64,000 bases of DNA from a virus (taxonomy: Duplodnaviria > Heunggongvirae > Uroviricota > Caudoviricetes): positions 16,620 to 80,619 of IMG/VR virus record IMGVR_UViG_3300027710_001241; one strand, 5' to 3'. Every line of letters begins with the position of its first letter. Position 1 is the stretch's first letter. Of this stretch, positions 16,074-25,072 are shown in pieces. Below the pieces are notes generated by a model that searched no databases, was not told the DNA's origin, and saw only the letters and a list, made by a program, of their open reading frames with translations. The position numbers and the translations under genes are program-made.

Positions 16074-16147
16074 TGTACATCTAGGGATCGAACCTAGCTC
16101 ATTCTTCGTTAACAGCGAAGCGCCTACACCATGCTTGCTCATGTACA
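16074..16147 (-). tRNA. tRNA-Asn-like (GUU), copy 2, poor D-stem, acceptor extended to 13 bp by flanks
   Basis: anticodon arm CUUCG CUGUUAA CGAAG; T-arm CTAGGTTCGATCCCTAG; inverted repeat CTTTGCTGTACAT/ATGTACAGCAAAG at 16068-16080/16141-16153. Confidence 0.45.
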
Positions 16148-16369
16148 GCAAAGATCTCAATGATAAAAGGAATACACGGCGCCCTAAGACGAACTACTGT
16201 CCCCACGAGCTTCTGTCCTTCAACAGCATCACCGCCAACAACACTTTTCTTACCCCTACTGGACCGACTTACTCTCGCATCGTCACCCACCTCATATGTA
16301 GTGAAGCCCACGCAGTCGCACATGGGTCGGTTTCCGTCTACTCATCTTACTAAGTGTTGTCTTAGTATT

Positions 16370-16445
16370 TGGCGCCGCTGACGGGAATCGAACCCGCCTA
16401 AATCTGATAGACAATCAGGTGCCCTACCCAGAGGACTACAACGGC
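16370..16445 (-). tRNA. tRNA-Asp(GUC)-like, copy 2 (anticodon loop UUGUCUA)
   Basis: acceptor GCCGUUG/CAGCGGC; T-arm GCGGGTTCGATTCCCGT; paralog of the next gene. Confidence 0.55.
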
Positions 16446-16449
16446 ATGT

Positions 16450-16525
16450 TGGTATCGCGTACGGGAATCGAACCCGCCTACGTAAGTTGAAAGCCTACTG
16501 ACCTAACCCAGAAGTCCAACGCGAT
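16450..16525 (-). tRNA. tRNA-Glu(UUC), copy 2
   Basis: anticodon arm GUAGG CUUUCAA CUUAC; acceptor AUCGCGU/ACGCGAU. Confidence 0.7.
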
Positions 16526-16531
16526 ATAATT

Positions 16532-16621
16532 TGGTGGTCCTTGAAGGAATTGAACCTAACTGCCAGCCACCCTACAATATTATGGCAACGGATTTACAGT
16601 CCGCCGTAGGGAACAAAGACC
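16532..16621 (-). tRNA. tRNA-Tyr(GUA), class II, weak T-stem
   Basis: anticodon arm GCGGA CUGUAAA UCCGU; long variable region; T-loop TTCAATT. Confidence 0.5.
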
Positions 16622-16858
16622 AAATTTGTAACACACTCTCCGCTATGCGTTTTTGAAACCGTCAAAAGGTAAAAGAGAATGTGTGTATCAAAGAGCACAG
16701 TCTGCGACATTGCAGTCCACATCAGCTCTATGCTCTTTAATACGCTGTAATTTTTCCCTCTACAAGAAGAGTTTCATCCTACAGGCCGCCCGTTTGCCGG
16801 ATGTTTATACTGCCCAGCGAGGTCCTCGTTACCTCATTTCACAGTTTGCGGTCTACAA

Positions 16859-17014
16859 TCACTCGTGAGCAATCTCGCGCTTTCTAACGGCTTTGCTGTA
16901 CACCTTAGCACGTTCCATCTTTTCTAAGATCATCTTACGAAAATCCTGTGGAGATAGTGTGTACTTTTGTGTAAACTCAGCTTCTCGTTGTTTCTTATTA
17001 TCTGTTTCTGTCAT
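16859..17014 (-). CDS. hypothetical small protein (52 aa)
   Basis: unlisted minus ORF MTETDNKKQREAEF...; weak SD. Confidence 0.25.
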   Translation of the reverse strand: MTETDNKKQREAEFTQKYTLSPQDFRKMILEKMERAKVYSKAVRKREIAHE

Positions 17015-17025
17015 TTTTCCGATCT

Positions 17026-17060
17026 AAAAACAAAAAACCCCAGGAGTGTTAGTCCTAGGG
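17026..17060 (-). terminator. rho-independent terminator (minus strand)
   Basis: minus reads CCCUAGGA-CUAACAC-UCCUGGGG then UUUUUUGUUUUU. Confidence 0.6.
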
Positions 17061-17296
17061 TCCTTGGAGTTTAAGTGTAAACTTGTGTTTACATTAAGTC
17101 CTCCCGGACCCTGGTAATCTCTGGTGTGCGATCATATGACAAACTACCACACTCAATCGATAACCAATTGGAGGCTATTACACCTGCCTGTTTGGGCATC
17201 GTATTAAATTGTTGATGTCTGTTAAACGATTGCATTTTGTTTCTCTTTAAAAACCTTTTGTTTTACAAGGACAGCACCATTGCTGTCTATGTGTTA

Positions 17297-17325
17297 ATTA
17301 TACAGTTATTTAGTTCTCTTGTCAA
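17297..17325 (-). promoter_or_regulatory. sigma70 consensus promoter P1
   Basis: rc reads GGTTGACA AGAGAACTAAATAACTG TATAAT. Confidence 0.6.
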
Positions 17326-17384
17326 CCTCTTTTTGTTCTTTTGAGCAAAAAGTTTTTAACAACTTTCCTATCTAACTAGTCTCT

Positions 17385-17413
17385 ATTGTACATTTATTTA
17401 GTCTCTTTGTCAA
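17385..17413 (-). promoter_or_regulatory. sigma70 consensus promoter P2 (tandem with P1)
   Basis: rc reads GGTTGACA AAGAGACTAAATAAATG TACAAT. Confidence 0.55.
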
Positions 17414-17450
17414 CCACTATTTTTATATGTTGTATTTTTACAACAAAAGT

Positions 17451-17524
17451 GGTCCGGCCTACAGGAATCGAACCTGTATTGATAGCTTAGAAGGCTACTG
17501 TTCTATCCATTGAACTAAGGCCAG
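17451..17524 (-). tRNA. tRNA-Arg(UCU), copy 2
   Basis: paralog of the 3235 and 14184 tRNAs; anticodon loop CUUCUAA; D-arm GTTCAATGGATAGAAC. Confidence 0.75.
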
Positions 17525-17531
17525 TTGTCTT

Positions 17532-17560
17532 ATTATACTAGAAAATTATCAGTCTGTCAA
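17532..17560 (-). promoter_or_regulatory. sigma70 consensus promoter immediately upstream of tRNA-Arg
   Basis: rc reads GTTGACA GACTGATAATTTTCTAG TATAAT; predicted start coincides with tRNA 5' end. Confidence 0.6.
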
Positions 17561-17758
17561 CTCTACGAATGTCCTGCCCTTGAGATCTAGGTCAATGGGC
17601 TTCTTGAAGCGTTGTACTATTTTAGAACCTGCTGGTATGTAGGCAATGGCCTTAGCACTACGCCCCGTGGGTTTCTCTTTGAATATGTAAGTATGGTTAC
17701 ACCCGCCATCCGACCACTCTGTGGTCTCCTGCATAATCTTAATCAATTTGGATGTCAT
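17549..17758 (-). CDS. hypothetical protein
   Basis: ORF 69 aa. Confidence 0.35.
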   Translation of the reverse strand: MTSKLIKIMQETTEWSDGGCNHTYIFKEKPTGRSAKAIAYIPAGSKIVQRFKKPIDLDLKGRTFVELTD

Positions 17759-17924
17759 GAATACGCCCTTCTTTGAAAATGTAGTATAAGTTCATAAAAC
17801 TATAGTAGACCCAGATACAGTTGTTGCCCTGTGTCATGGTATAGTGTGTTATCCCTTTTTCAGCCATATCTTGTTCAACAAGGATGACTTCTAAAGGATT
17901 AAGTGCTGGATGTATATTAATCAT
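17739..17924 (-). CDS. hypothetical protein
   Basis: ORF 61 aa downstream of consensus promoter at 17934-17962. Confidence 0.35.
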   Translation of the reverse strand: MINIHPALNPLEVILVEQDMAEKGITHYTMTQGNNCIWVYYSFMNLYYIFKEGRIHDIQID

Positions 17925-17933
17925 GTTACATAT

Positions 17934-17962
17934 ATTATAACATGGTTTTACCGCACTGTCAA
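17934..17962 (-). promoter_or_regulatory. sigma70 consensus promoter
   Basis: rc reads GGTTGACA GTGCGGTAAAACCATGT TATAAT. Confidence 0.6.
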
Positions 17963-17972
17963 CCTCTTTTGG

Positions 17973-18455
17973 TTAATTTTCAACTATACCGACAAGGTGC
18001 AATCTAGACTCTTCTGAACAATTTAAAAACGTATGTTTTAATTTGGTATTTACCCACCATACATTACCAATACTCAGGTGATATAAAAAACCCGGTTTAA
18101 AAAGAAAATAACATTCTGGATTAGTAATTAATGGTATATGCAATCTAGGAGTTTCGTCCTTGTGAAAACTATAACATGATTTTGGATAAACCCACATTAG
18201 TCGAGTTCTTTTTAACTTATATCGATTAATAATAGTTTCAAATATTGTATCTTTGAAAAACGGATTAAGTTCAGTATATTGTAATTCTTCGCCTTGACTT
18301 TTTCCAACTGCACTAGTCCATGGATTTTCACCTAATTTATATTGAAGACCAGTTTGTTTACCTTGGTTAGATTCGTACCAAACGATTTCCTTATTAATTT
18401 TTTCAAAATTAATTAGTATAGGACTAACATCAATAGGTTCTATTACATGATACAT
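17973..18455 (-). CDS. hypothetical, possible cupin/Asp-beta-hydroxylase-like oxygenase
   Basis: FHKDETPRLH ... KHTF spacing; weak. Confidence 0.3.
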   Translation of the reverse strand: MYHVIEPIDVSPILINFEKINKEIVWYESNQGKQTGLQYKLGENPWTSAVGKSQGEELQYTELNPFFKDTIFETIINRYKLKRTRLMWVYPKSCYSFHKDETPRLHIPLITNPECYFLFKPGFLYHLSIGNVWWVNTKLKHTFLNCSEESRLHLVGIVEN

Positions 18456-18467
18456 TACGATATAATA

Positions 18468-19169
18468 TTAAGCTATGACTTCGATAGTATTAAATGTCCA
18501 GCCATATCCTAGGTTAGCAAAGTAGTGACCGTCATCATCAGGATTAATACCCATAGCATGATACTGTGCCGGACCTGTAACATTTTTAGTATGCTTGACT
18601 GGATATAGATCAATAACAGCTACTCGACCGCCAAACTTAGTTGTACCTGATTTACTATCAAGAACACCTGCCCAGTAACCTTCGAGACCATACCCTACGC
18701 CTGCCGGCATCTTGCCAAAGTGTTCAGAGCATACCGGCCAAGCTGCCTTACTAAAGATAGGACACATAATTTCTACAGTATCAGTGATATGCATCTTGAC
18801 GCCCGGAATCAAAAAGGTACTAGGGTGCGTTCTAAAACTATCTGGAGTCAGTGCAGGTTGCGCCATATCTAAATTATGTTCTTTACAGAAGTTAAATGTA
18901 GCTTCAACACCTTCTGGAGTAGTTAGGCAGTCATCATCTAAAATCCAAATGTATTCATAACGGCTTAGGTCTTGCTTGCTGGCAAAATCCGCAACAATTT
19001 TCCATTTCTGCCCAGGAGTAGTTTCTACATAGGCAGCGTGTTCTAAATTACTTAATGGAGCAGAAGTCCAATTGAGAACTACTAGATCAAAATTGCAGTT
19101 AGAATAGTCACTCCACTGTTGAAACAGTGCATTAGGGCCTGCGGGGATAATTAAAAGATTCGTTTTCAT
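18468..19169 (-). CDS. putative glycosyltransferase-like protein (DUF707-like)
   Basis: DDD-containing GT-A-like core; first gene of the sugar island. Confidence 0.3.
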   Translation of the reverse strand: MKTNLLIIPAGPNALFQQWSDYSNCNFDLVVLNWTSAPLSNLEHAAYVETTPGQKWKIVADFASKQDLSRYEYIWILDDDCLTTPEGVEATFNFCKEHNLDMAQPALTPDSFRTHPSTFLIPGVKMHITDTVEIMCPIFSKAAWPVCSEHFGKMPAGVGYGLEGYWAGVLDSKSGTTKFGGRVAVIDLYPVKHTKNVTGPAQYHAMGINPDDDGHYFANLGYGWTFNTIEVIA

Positions 19170-19172
19170 ATT

Positions 19173-20111
19173 TTACCAAACAAAGTTATTTTTATAATAG
19201 TCTACAATTTTAGCCAGTTCTTCATCGAAGTTAGCTTCAGCTTTCCAACCTAGTGTCTGTAACTTACTGTCATCAATACTGTAACGAACATCCTGTCCTT
19301 TACGTCCCCAACTAAAGTCAATGTACTCATTGTAGTTTTCAGTACCAGTAACCTGCTTAATGATCTTCTTAGCAATGTTAATATTGCTGTCTTCACTGTT
19401 GCCGCTGATGTTAAAGATTTCTCCAGTTACTCCACTTTCTACAATATGTATAATAGCGTTGGCAGTATCGCTGACATGTAACCATGTGCGTCTGGGAGTG
19501 CCGTTTTCGTGCAAAGGGATTTTACGACCAATGCTCAAGTACTTAACAGCCTTGGGGATTAACTTCTCAACATACTGTCCAATGCCATAGTTGTTGGTAG
19601 GACGAACAATAACCCAAGGAATATTATGTGTACGAGCCCAAGCACTGATCAACATGTCAGCGGCAGCTTTGGTAGCACTATATGGATTACTTGGCTTTAG
19701 GATATCTGTTTCAGTGTGGCTACCTTCTACAATATCCCCGTAGACTTCATCAGTGGAAAAGTGTAGTAGTGTAGGAACCTTGAACTTATTCTTTTGTAAG
19801 TTTTGTAGTAAGTTATGAACACCATAGATGTTACTGTTTAAAAATACTTCACTGCCTACAATTGAATTGTCTACGTGACTTTCGGCAGCAGTATTAATAA
19901 CATAGTCACAGTCTAACAAGTAAGTGATATCACGAATGTCTTGTTTGATGTATTTAAATTTTGGATATGCCTGTAGTTCCGGTAAGAACTGTAAATTGGC
20001 AGCATAAGTTTCTTTGTCAACACCTATAACATACCAACCTTTGTCTAAACATTTTTTAGTTACGTGGTAACCAATAAAACCTAAACAACCGGTAACGTAA
20101 ACAACTTTCAT
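19173..20111 (-). CDS. rfbB: dTDP-glucose 4,6-dehydratase
   Basis: TGCLGFIGYH Rossmann motif, YSATKAAAD catalytic YxxxK. Confidence 0.8.
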   Translation of the reverse strand: MKVVYVTGCLGFIGYHVTKKCLDKGWYVIGVDKETYAANLQFLPELQAYPKFKYIKQDIRDITYLLDCDYVINTAAESHVDNSIVGSEVFLNSNIYGVHNLLQNLQKNKFKVPTLLHFSTDEVYGDIVEGSHTETDILKPSNPYSATKAAADMLISAWARTHNIPWVIVRPTNNYGIGQYVEKLIPKAVKYLSIGRKIPLHENGTPRRTWLHVSDTANAIIHIVESGVTGEIFNISGNSEDSNINIAKKIIKQVTGTENYNEYIDFSWGRKGQDVRYSIDDSKLQTLGWKAEANFDEELAKIVDYYKNNFVW

Positions 20112-20908
20112 TTATAATTCCTTAGTCCTTGTTCTAATCCAATTAGGTTAAAATTATAACTAGACAATGCCTCGCTGTCTCCTGTTAAATTATTACCTGT
20201 TGGGTTTTTAATTTTAATCTTTGATGTTGGCAGACCTAAATGATTACACAACATTTCTGCCATCTCACTTAGTCGATATTTATGGGGGTATACCATGTTA
20301 ACATCGGAATGCTGGCTACGGCCTTCTACCATGCGTTCAAGCATGGGCAAGATGTCTGGAAGGTAAATGTAATCTAAATAGATGTCGTTGTTAATTACAA
20401 CTTCATCTTGCTGTTTTACTCTTTGGAAGAATCTATTAGCACTTTCACTTTCATGGAACACTCCAAATAACTTTAAGTTATAAAAGCCTGGAGTATCTCT
20501 AATAATTCTAGCGGCAATATTTTTAGCATAGCCATAACTTGTTCTTGGTAAGTGATGTACAAATTGATGTTCTAAGACACGTTCGTTATTCTTGGTTAGA
20601 TCAAATTCATAGGCTGTACCTAAATGTACAAATCTTTCATACTTGTGTTTTTGCAACCAAAGATTGCGGAACATCAATAAGCCATCACTGAGATACTGTG
20701 GTTCTGTACTGGCTAGTACTTCACGGCCGCTTAAAGCACAATGTACAACTACATCAACTTCGTTGCTGTTAAACCAACTCTCAACCTGTTCTAAGTTTGT
20801 AAGATCTAACTCTTGTCTTGTAGGAGTTAGTAGTGTATGTTTTTCTGCTAGGTGTTTGGCAATAAAGCTACCAACAAATCCTCTTGCACCTGTTATCAGT
20901 ATTTTCAT
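20108..20908 (-). CDS. NAD(P)-dependent sugar epimerase/reductase (dTDP-4-dehydrorhamnose reductase-like)
   Basis: ITGARGFVGS Rossmann fold. Confidence 0.55.
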   Translation of the reverse strand: MKILITGARGFVGSFIAKHLAEKHTLLTPTRQELDLTNLEQVESWFNSNEVDVVVHCALSGREVLASTEPQYLSDGLLMFRNLWLQKHKYERFVHLGTAYEFDLTKNNERVLEHQFVHHLPRTSYGYAKNIAARIIRDTPGFYNLKLFGVFHESESANRFFQRVKQQDEVVINNDIYLDYIYLPDILPMLERMVEGRSQHSDVNMVYPHKYRLSEMAEMLCNHLGLPTSKIKIKNPTGNNLTGDSEALSSYNFNLIGLEQGLRNYK

Positions 20909-21777
20909 TTGTATATTTCATCTAAGTTTAAAGAAGGTACATAGTTCTTAATACTAACATTAGCATCTGAGATAATATAATCTTTCCAACGTTCCGGATT
21001 ATTAATTACAGTGTTTGGAAAGTAACTGTCTAATTCAATGTACTCGAAGCGTTCAGGAGAATTTGGATCAATGCCTCCCTTACGTGTCATAATTTCGTTA
21101 ACATCAATCTTACTGGCCCAATGCTGAGATTCAGTGTGTGCAAAGTTAAGTAGTTTAGTTGCGGCATGAGCAGTATCACCTAGATAGGTAAAATGCCAAC
21201 CGCTGTGTTGAATAGTACGTACTTCGTCAGTATTGTAATCGTCTGGTTGACGGTATGCCCAACCTACCATATGGTTGCGTAAATTTTGAAAGCTAGATAA
21301 ATTCTTTTTAAGTACAGCCATTGGATTAACATGATAAGACCTGGGCTGTATCATCAAGTAGTTTAACTTAAAGTAAAACATAGGGTGACGACAAATCCAC
21401 ATTGAATGTTCTGTATCATTGCGTAGGATATTTAAAGTTCTAGGGCGTAGCACTTCATCGCAGTCTGTTAAAGCTACTACATCATTATCACTAGCACTAC
21501 CTAGTCCACGAATTAATGCATTACGTTGATAATATTCTCTTGTCCAAGCATCAGGACCTTCAGGCATATCATCAACTTTGACGTAAATGATTTTATCGTG
21601 AAACGCTTTATAACGATCCCAGTTATCTTCTAAGATGAATCGTTTGTCGTTACCTGAGAATGTTTTGTTAGCTTCTGCAATTACAAAATAATCTGCACTA
21701 TCGTAACATTCACTTAGTCGAAGTTCTAAAAGATCTAGTTCATTAAAGAATGTAAAACAATCATAGACTTTTCTCAT
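20905..21777 (-). CDS. glycosyltransferase family 17-like (beta-1,4-GlcNAc-transferase fold)
   Basis: N-terminal CFTFFNELDLLELRL hallmark. Confidence 0.55.
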   Translation of the reverse strand: MRKVYDCFTFFNELDLLELRLSECYDSADYFVIAEANKTFSGNDKRFILEDNWDRYKAFHDKIIYVKVDDMPEGPDAWTREYYQRNALIRGLGSASDNDVVALTDCDEVLRPRTLNILRNDTEHSMWICRHPMFYFKLNYLMIQPRSYHVNPMAVLKKNLSSFQNLRNHMVGWAYRQPDDYNTDEVRTIQHSGWHFTYLGDTAHAATKLLNFAHTESQHWASKIDVNEIMTRKGGIDPNSPERFEYIELDSYFPNTVINNPERWKDYIISDANVSIKNYVPSLNLDEIYK

Positions 21778-22436
21778 TTAATCACCTTAGGCATATAGTA
21801 AGGGATCTGTCTTCCTAGTCTTGTTTGTAAACTCGAACCTGGCCAATGCACAACTGTGTCGCCCGGCTCCCACCAAGCACGTTCACCTAACTTGTCTACA
21901 CCAAATCCAGGTTGCCACTGATTAGGCCAACAGTCGTGTGCGTTGAACTTATACTGCGGTTCAACTTTAATTATAGGCTTCCACTCTGGCATACTTGTAC
22001 TGTCAATCATAGCCTGCTGTTCATAGAAGTGATGATTTTGATATTGAGGCCATACTGATAATAACCAATTAAGGTATGCATTACCTTCTGGACTATTACG
22101 CAAGAAGAAGCTGCCTGCGTTCAGACCATTACCATCTGTACCTATAACAAAGTGATAATTGTTGTCGATTAAATCTTCAATCTTGGTATTAAAGTTTGTA
22201 ATCAGTGTATCAGTCTCTAACCACCAAATCCATTCTACGCTAGGATTGGCATCGAAGTACTCACGGAATAGTCGCAACTTTTCTCCACCTACTTGATTCT
22301 TAGGTAATCTAAAATCATCAGTTTTGCAGTGCGCGGCATAGCCATGACGTTGTGTGTATTCTAATTTGTTCTTAGTCCAGGTGTAATCAGCAAGTGGCTG
22401 ATAGTCTGGTGTATGCATGGATATAACAGCGTACAT
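21774..22436 (-). CDS. GT34/Mnn10-type glycosyltransferase-like, paralog A
   Basis: paralog of 26394..27053 (WLETDTLITNF / WAGADTLITNF). Confidence 0.4.
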   Translation of the reverse strand: MYAVISMHTPDYQPLADYTWTKNKLEYTQRHGYAAHCKTDDFRLPKNQVGGEKLRLFREYFDANPSVEWIWWLETDTLITNFNTKIEDLIDNNYHFVIGTDGNGLNAGSFFLRNSPEGNAYLNWLLSVWPQYQNHHFYEQQAMIDSTSMPEWKPIIKVEPQYKFNAHDCWPNQWQPGFGVDKLGERAWWEPGDTVVHWPGSSLQTRLGRQIPYYMPKVIK

Positions 22437-22437
22437 A

Positions 22438-22920
22438 TTAAATCTTTCTTGTTAGGTTTAAGTAAGCAGGTTCTGCACCATTGATAAAGTCTGGCCAGAT
22501 ACGTTCTAGCTCTTCGATACTTTCTGGTTTATAAATCTTAATGTTTGGCAAGGCTGCTAATACTTGTTCATCATCGTGAGCCCAATGGCTTAGTCCATCG
22601 TGACTATAGTCTTTATCCCTGCCACTGCCAATTAGTTTAACAGGCACATTTTCTGCATTAACATAGTTACGCAGGAATTCAAATGGACGATACAGTAAGA
22701 ATGAACTCATACTATAGCATACAGGAATCTTACCTGCTTCTGCAAGTCCGACACCTGCGCCAATCATAAGTTGTTCAGCGGCACCTACATTATGAAAGCG
22801 TTCTGGAAAGGCGTTCTGTATTTGATCCAATAGTCCAAATCCTAGATCGGCAGTTAATACAACGATGTCAACATTGTCTACCATTTCTGCTAGGAGCAGA
22901 TTCATACATTCTTTTCTCAT
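22438..22920 (-). CDS. transketolase C-terminal (pyrimidine-binding) subunit
   Basis: split-transketolase organisation with the adjacent gene. Confidence 0.65.
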   Translation of the reverse strand: MRKECMNLLLAEMVDNVDIVVLTADLGFGLLDQIQNAFPERFHNVGAAEQLMIGAGVGLAEAGKIPVCYSMSSFLLYRPFEFLRNYVNAENVPVKLIGSGRDKDYSHDGLSHWAHDDEQVLAALPNIKIYKPESIEELERIWPDFINGAEPAYLNLTRKI

Positions 22921-23522
22921 GGTGTATAGTCCCCGCCCTTCATAACATAGTAGTGAGTTAACAACCCTTTGGCAAATGTAAATTCAGCAGGTTTAGATAC
23001 TCTTAAATTAATACTAGGTAAGAATGTTTTTAATCGTTCTACCAAATAAGGTACATCTAAGTATTCGTAAGCGCTCATTCCGTTAATGTTAGCATAGACA
23101 TGTAAGTTGTCTAACTTGGCAGTATGAATAAAACGTAGACTTTCCCAAATACTACCTTCCGCACATTCGCCATCACTGATCATACAGTAAACGTTCTTTG
23201 TTCTATCTGCTAGAGCATGTCCAACAGCAATAGGTAGACCACTACCCAAACTACCTGTACTACAGTATAGTTTATTTTCTAAATCTTTGCCAGGATGAAT
23301 ACCGTGTTTATGTAGTAGCATTACAGGATCAATTCCGTACTTACTTTCAAGTACAACATACAGGGCTAGGCCTGCGTGTCCGTTGCTAAGAATAAACACT
23401 TCATCTTCTTTTTTCTTTTCGTATATTTCTTCTACAATAGGCAGAGCAGAAAGGCAAGAGCTTAGATGGCTCAGCTTTTCTTGATAGCTTATGTCGAGAA
23501 TACGTTTAACTAAATTACTCAT
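22917..23522 (-). CDS. transketolase N-terminal (TPP-binding) subunit
   Basis: GSLGSGLPIAVG ... ISDGECAEG TPP motif. Confidence 0.65.
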   Translation of the reverse strand: MSNLVKRILDISYQEKLSHLSSCLSALPIVEEIYEKKKEDEVFILSNGHAGLALYVVLESKYGIDPVMLLHKHGIHPGKDLENKLYCSTGSLGSGLPIAVGHALADRTKNVYCMISDGECAEGSIWESLRFIHTAKLDNLHVYANINGMSAYEYLDVPYLVERLKTFLPSINLRVSKPAEFTFAKGLLTHYYVMKGGDYTP

Positions 23523-24234
23523 CTTTGTAAATGTACAGTGAATCTTCTCTTAAGATTTGAGTGGAGTAACCTTGTCTTTCAAAGATTTCAATTAGCTGTC
23601 CTCTGTTGTGACGTAGACTATCGATGCCTTTTAGTGTTTCGTTGTCTGTAGCGTGTACTTCAATAAACCAAGCATCAACAATATCTTTAACTGCACCTAC
23701 AGTCTCATCAGTTAGTGCTGCCATTTCACTGCCTTCGATATCGCACTTGACAAAGTCTACATGTTCTAAATCAAGTTCTTTGATCAATGTTGCCAGTGTA
23801 CGAGCCTGTACTTCTACCTTGGTACCATACTTGTTAACACTACTGTTCATTGTAGAGTTTTCTTCGCTGATATAAAAGTCAATGGTTGTATCTTCGTTGT
23901 GTAGGGCAATATTAATAGGATGAATGTTAGGATAATTTTTAGTTAGGTCTTTGAGAATATGGAAGTGACCTGGTGTTGGTTCAACTGGATAAATTGCCTT
24001 AGATTTATCATGTGCATATAAACTAAACAGTCCAATGTTGCCACCGACATCTAAAATTGTAAGATCATCTTCTCCATCGAGGATATCATCATAGAATCGA
24101 TCAGTGTTGATTTGATTTAATACAATGTCAGCAAAGTTTGCACGGTTATCAAAATGTGCCTGAGCATGTTCGTCTTCACTGACGATATCTATTGTATTGT
24201 GTTTACTAGTTAATAGTTGTCTTTGTAATGTCAT
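23515..24234 (-). CDS. FkbM-family methyltransferase
   Basis: LDVGGNIGLFS motif. Confidence 0.6.
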   Translation of the reverse strand: MTLQRQLLTSKHNTIDIVSEDEHAQAHFDNRANFADIVLNQINTDRFYDDILDGEDDLTILDVGGNIGLFSLYAHDKSKAIYPVEPTPGHFHILKDLTKNYPNIHPINIALHNEDTTIDFYISEENSTMNSSVNKYGTKVEVQARTLATLIKELDLEHVDFVKCDIEGSEMAALTDETVGAVKDIVDAWFIEVHATDNETLKGIDSLRHNRGQLIEIFERQGYSTQILREDSLYIYKDE

Positions 24235-24241
24235 ATTATTC

Positions 24242-25072
24242 CTATTTGTAATCTGCTGTCTTTAAAAATTCTTTGATACCTTGTTCTAAAGTATAAACTG
24301 TTTCAAAATCATATTGTTCTTTAGCATAGGTTGTATTGCACAACCAAACTTCACTTTCAAATTCTTTAGCCATTGATGGAACAACTTCAACAGCACCTTT
24401 TTTCTTAGTAATCTTTTCAAATAAATCTAATACTTCTTGATTACTATATTGTATTCCAGATCCTAGATTTACAATATCACCTAATGGTTTATCTTCTGCG
24501 TTAAGGATAGTATCTATACCTCTAACAAAGTCGTCGATGTAAATGAAGTCATGATACCCGTGAAACAATTTCATAGGTTGATCAAGCTGGAAAGCTCTCC
24601 ATAATCTTGGAAATAGTCTATGAGGTTTTTCATACTTACCATATACACTATAAGCTCTTGCAACTGTGATGTCAAGTTTATATTGTCTAGCATAACCCTG
24701 ACATAACAATGTACCTGCACCTTTGGTTGCCTGATACATGTCTATAGGATTAATTCTGTCCGTTTCTGAGGCTGCTCTCGGAACAGGCCCGTATTCAGAA
24801 CTTGATCCAATGTGTATTAGTTTGGTGCTAGGATTAGTTTTAACGTAGTCTAAAATATCATAGATCATAACCATATTAGATTTCCACATCTCGTCTGGCT
24901 TATATATTTCTGCGGCACAGTGTATAATTAGATCTGGTTTGAAATAATCTAACTTAGCACCAATGTCCATATATCTACGATGTTCAAATATTTCATGACC
25001 GTGATAAAACTCTAATAGGTTACGACCTATAAAGCCTTGTGTTCCGGTTAAAAATATTTTCATATTAGACAA
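24242..25072 (-). CDS. NAD-dependent epimerase/dehydratase
   Basis: LTGTQGFIGRNL Rossmann motif. Confidence 0.6.
   Translation of the reverse strand: MSNMKIFLTGTQGFIGRNLLEFYHGHEIFEHRRYMDIGAKLDYFKPDLIIHCAAEIYKPDEMWKSNMVMIYDILDYVKTNPSTKLIHIGSSSEYGPVPRAASETDRINPIDMYQATKGAGTLLCQGYARQYKLDITVARAYSVYGKYEKPHRLFPRLWRAFQLDQPMKLFHGYHDFIYIDDFVRGIDTILNAEDKPLGDIVNLGSGIQYSNQEVLDLFEKITKKKGAVEVVPSMAKEFESEVWLCNTTYAKEQYDFETVYTLEQGIKEFLKTADYK

Noticed and set aside
13998-16381. Listed ORFs inside the tRNA array (13998..14252, 15090..15326, 15978..16160, 16099..16323, 16135..16353, 16160..16381)
   Set aside because: Each spans one or more tRNA genes or their spacers; peptide strings like GSIPSRGT and GIEP are T-arm/acceptor sequence translations.
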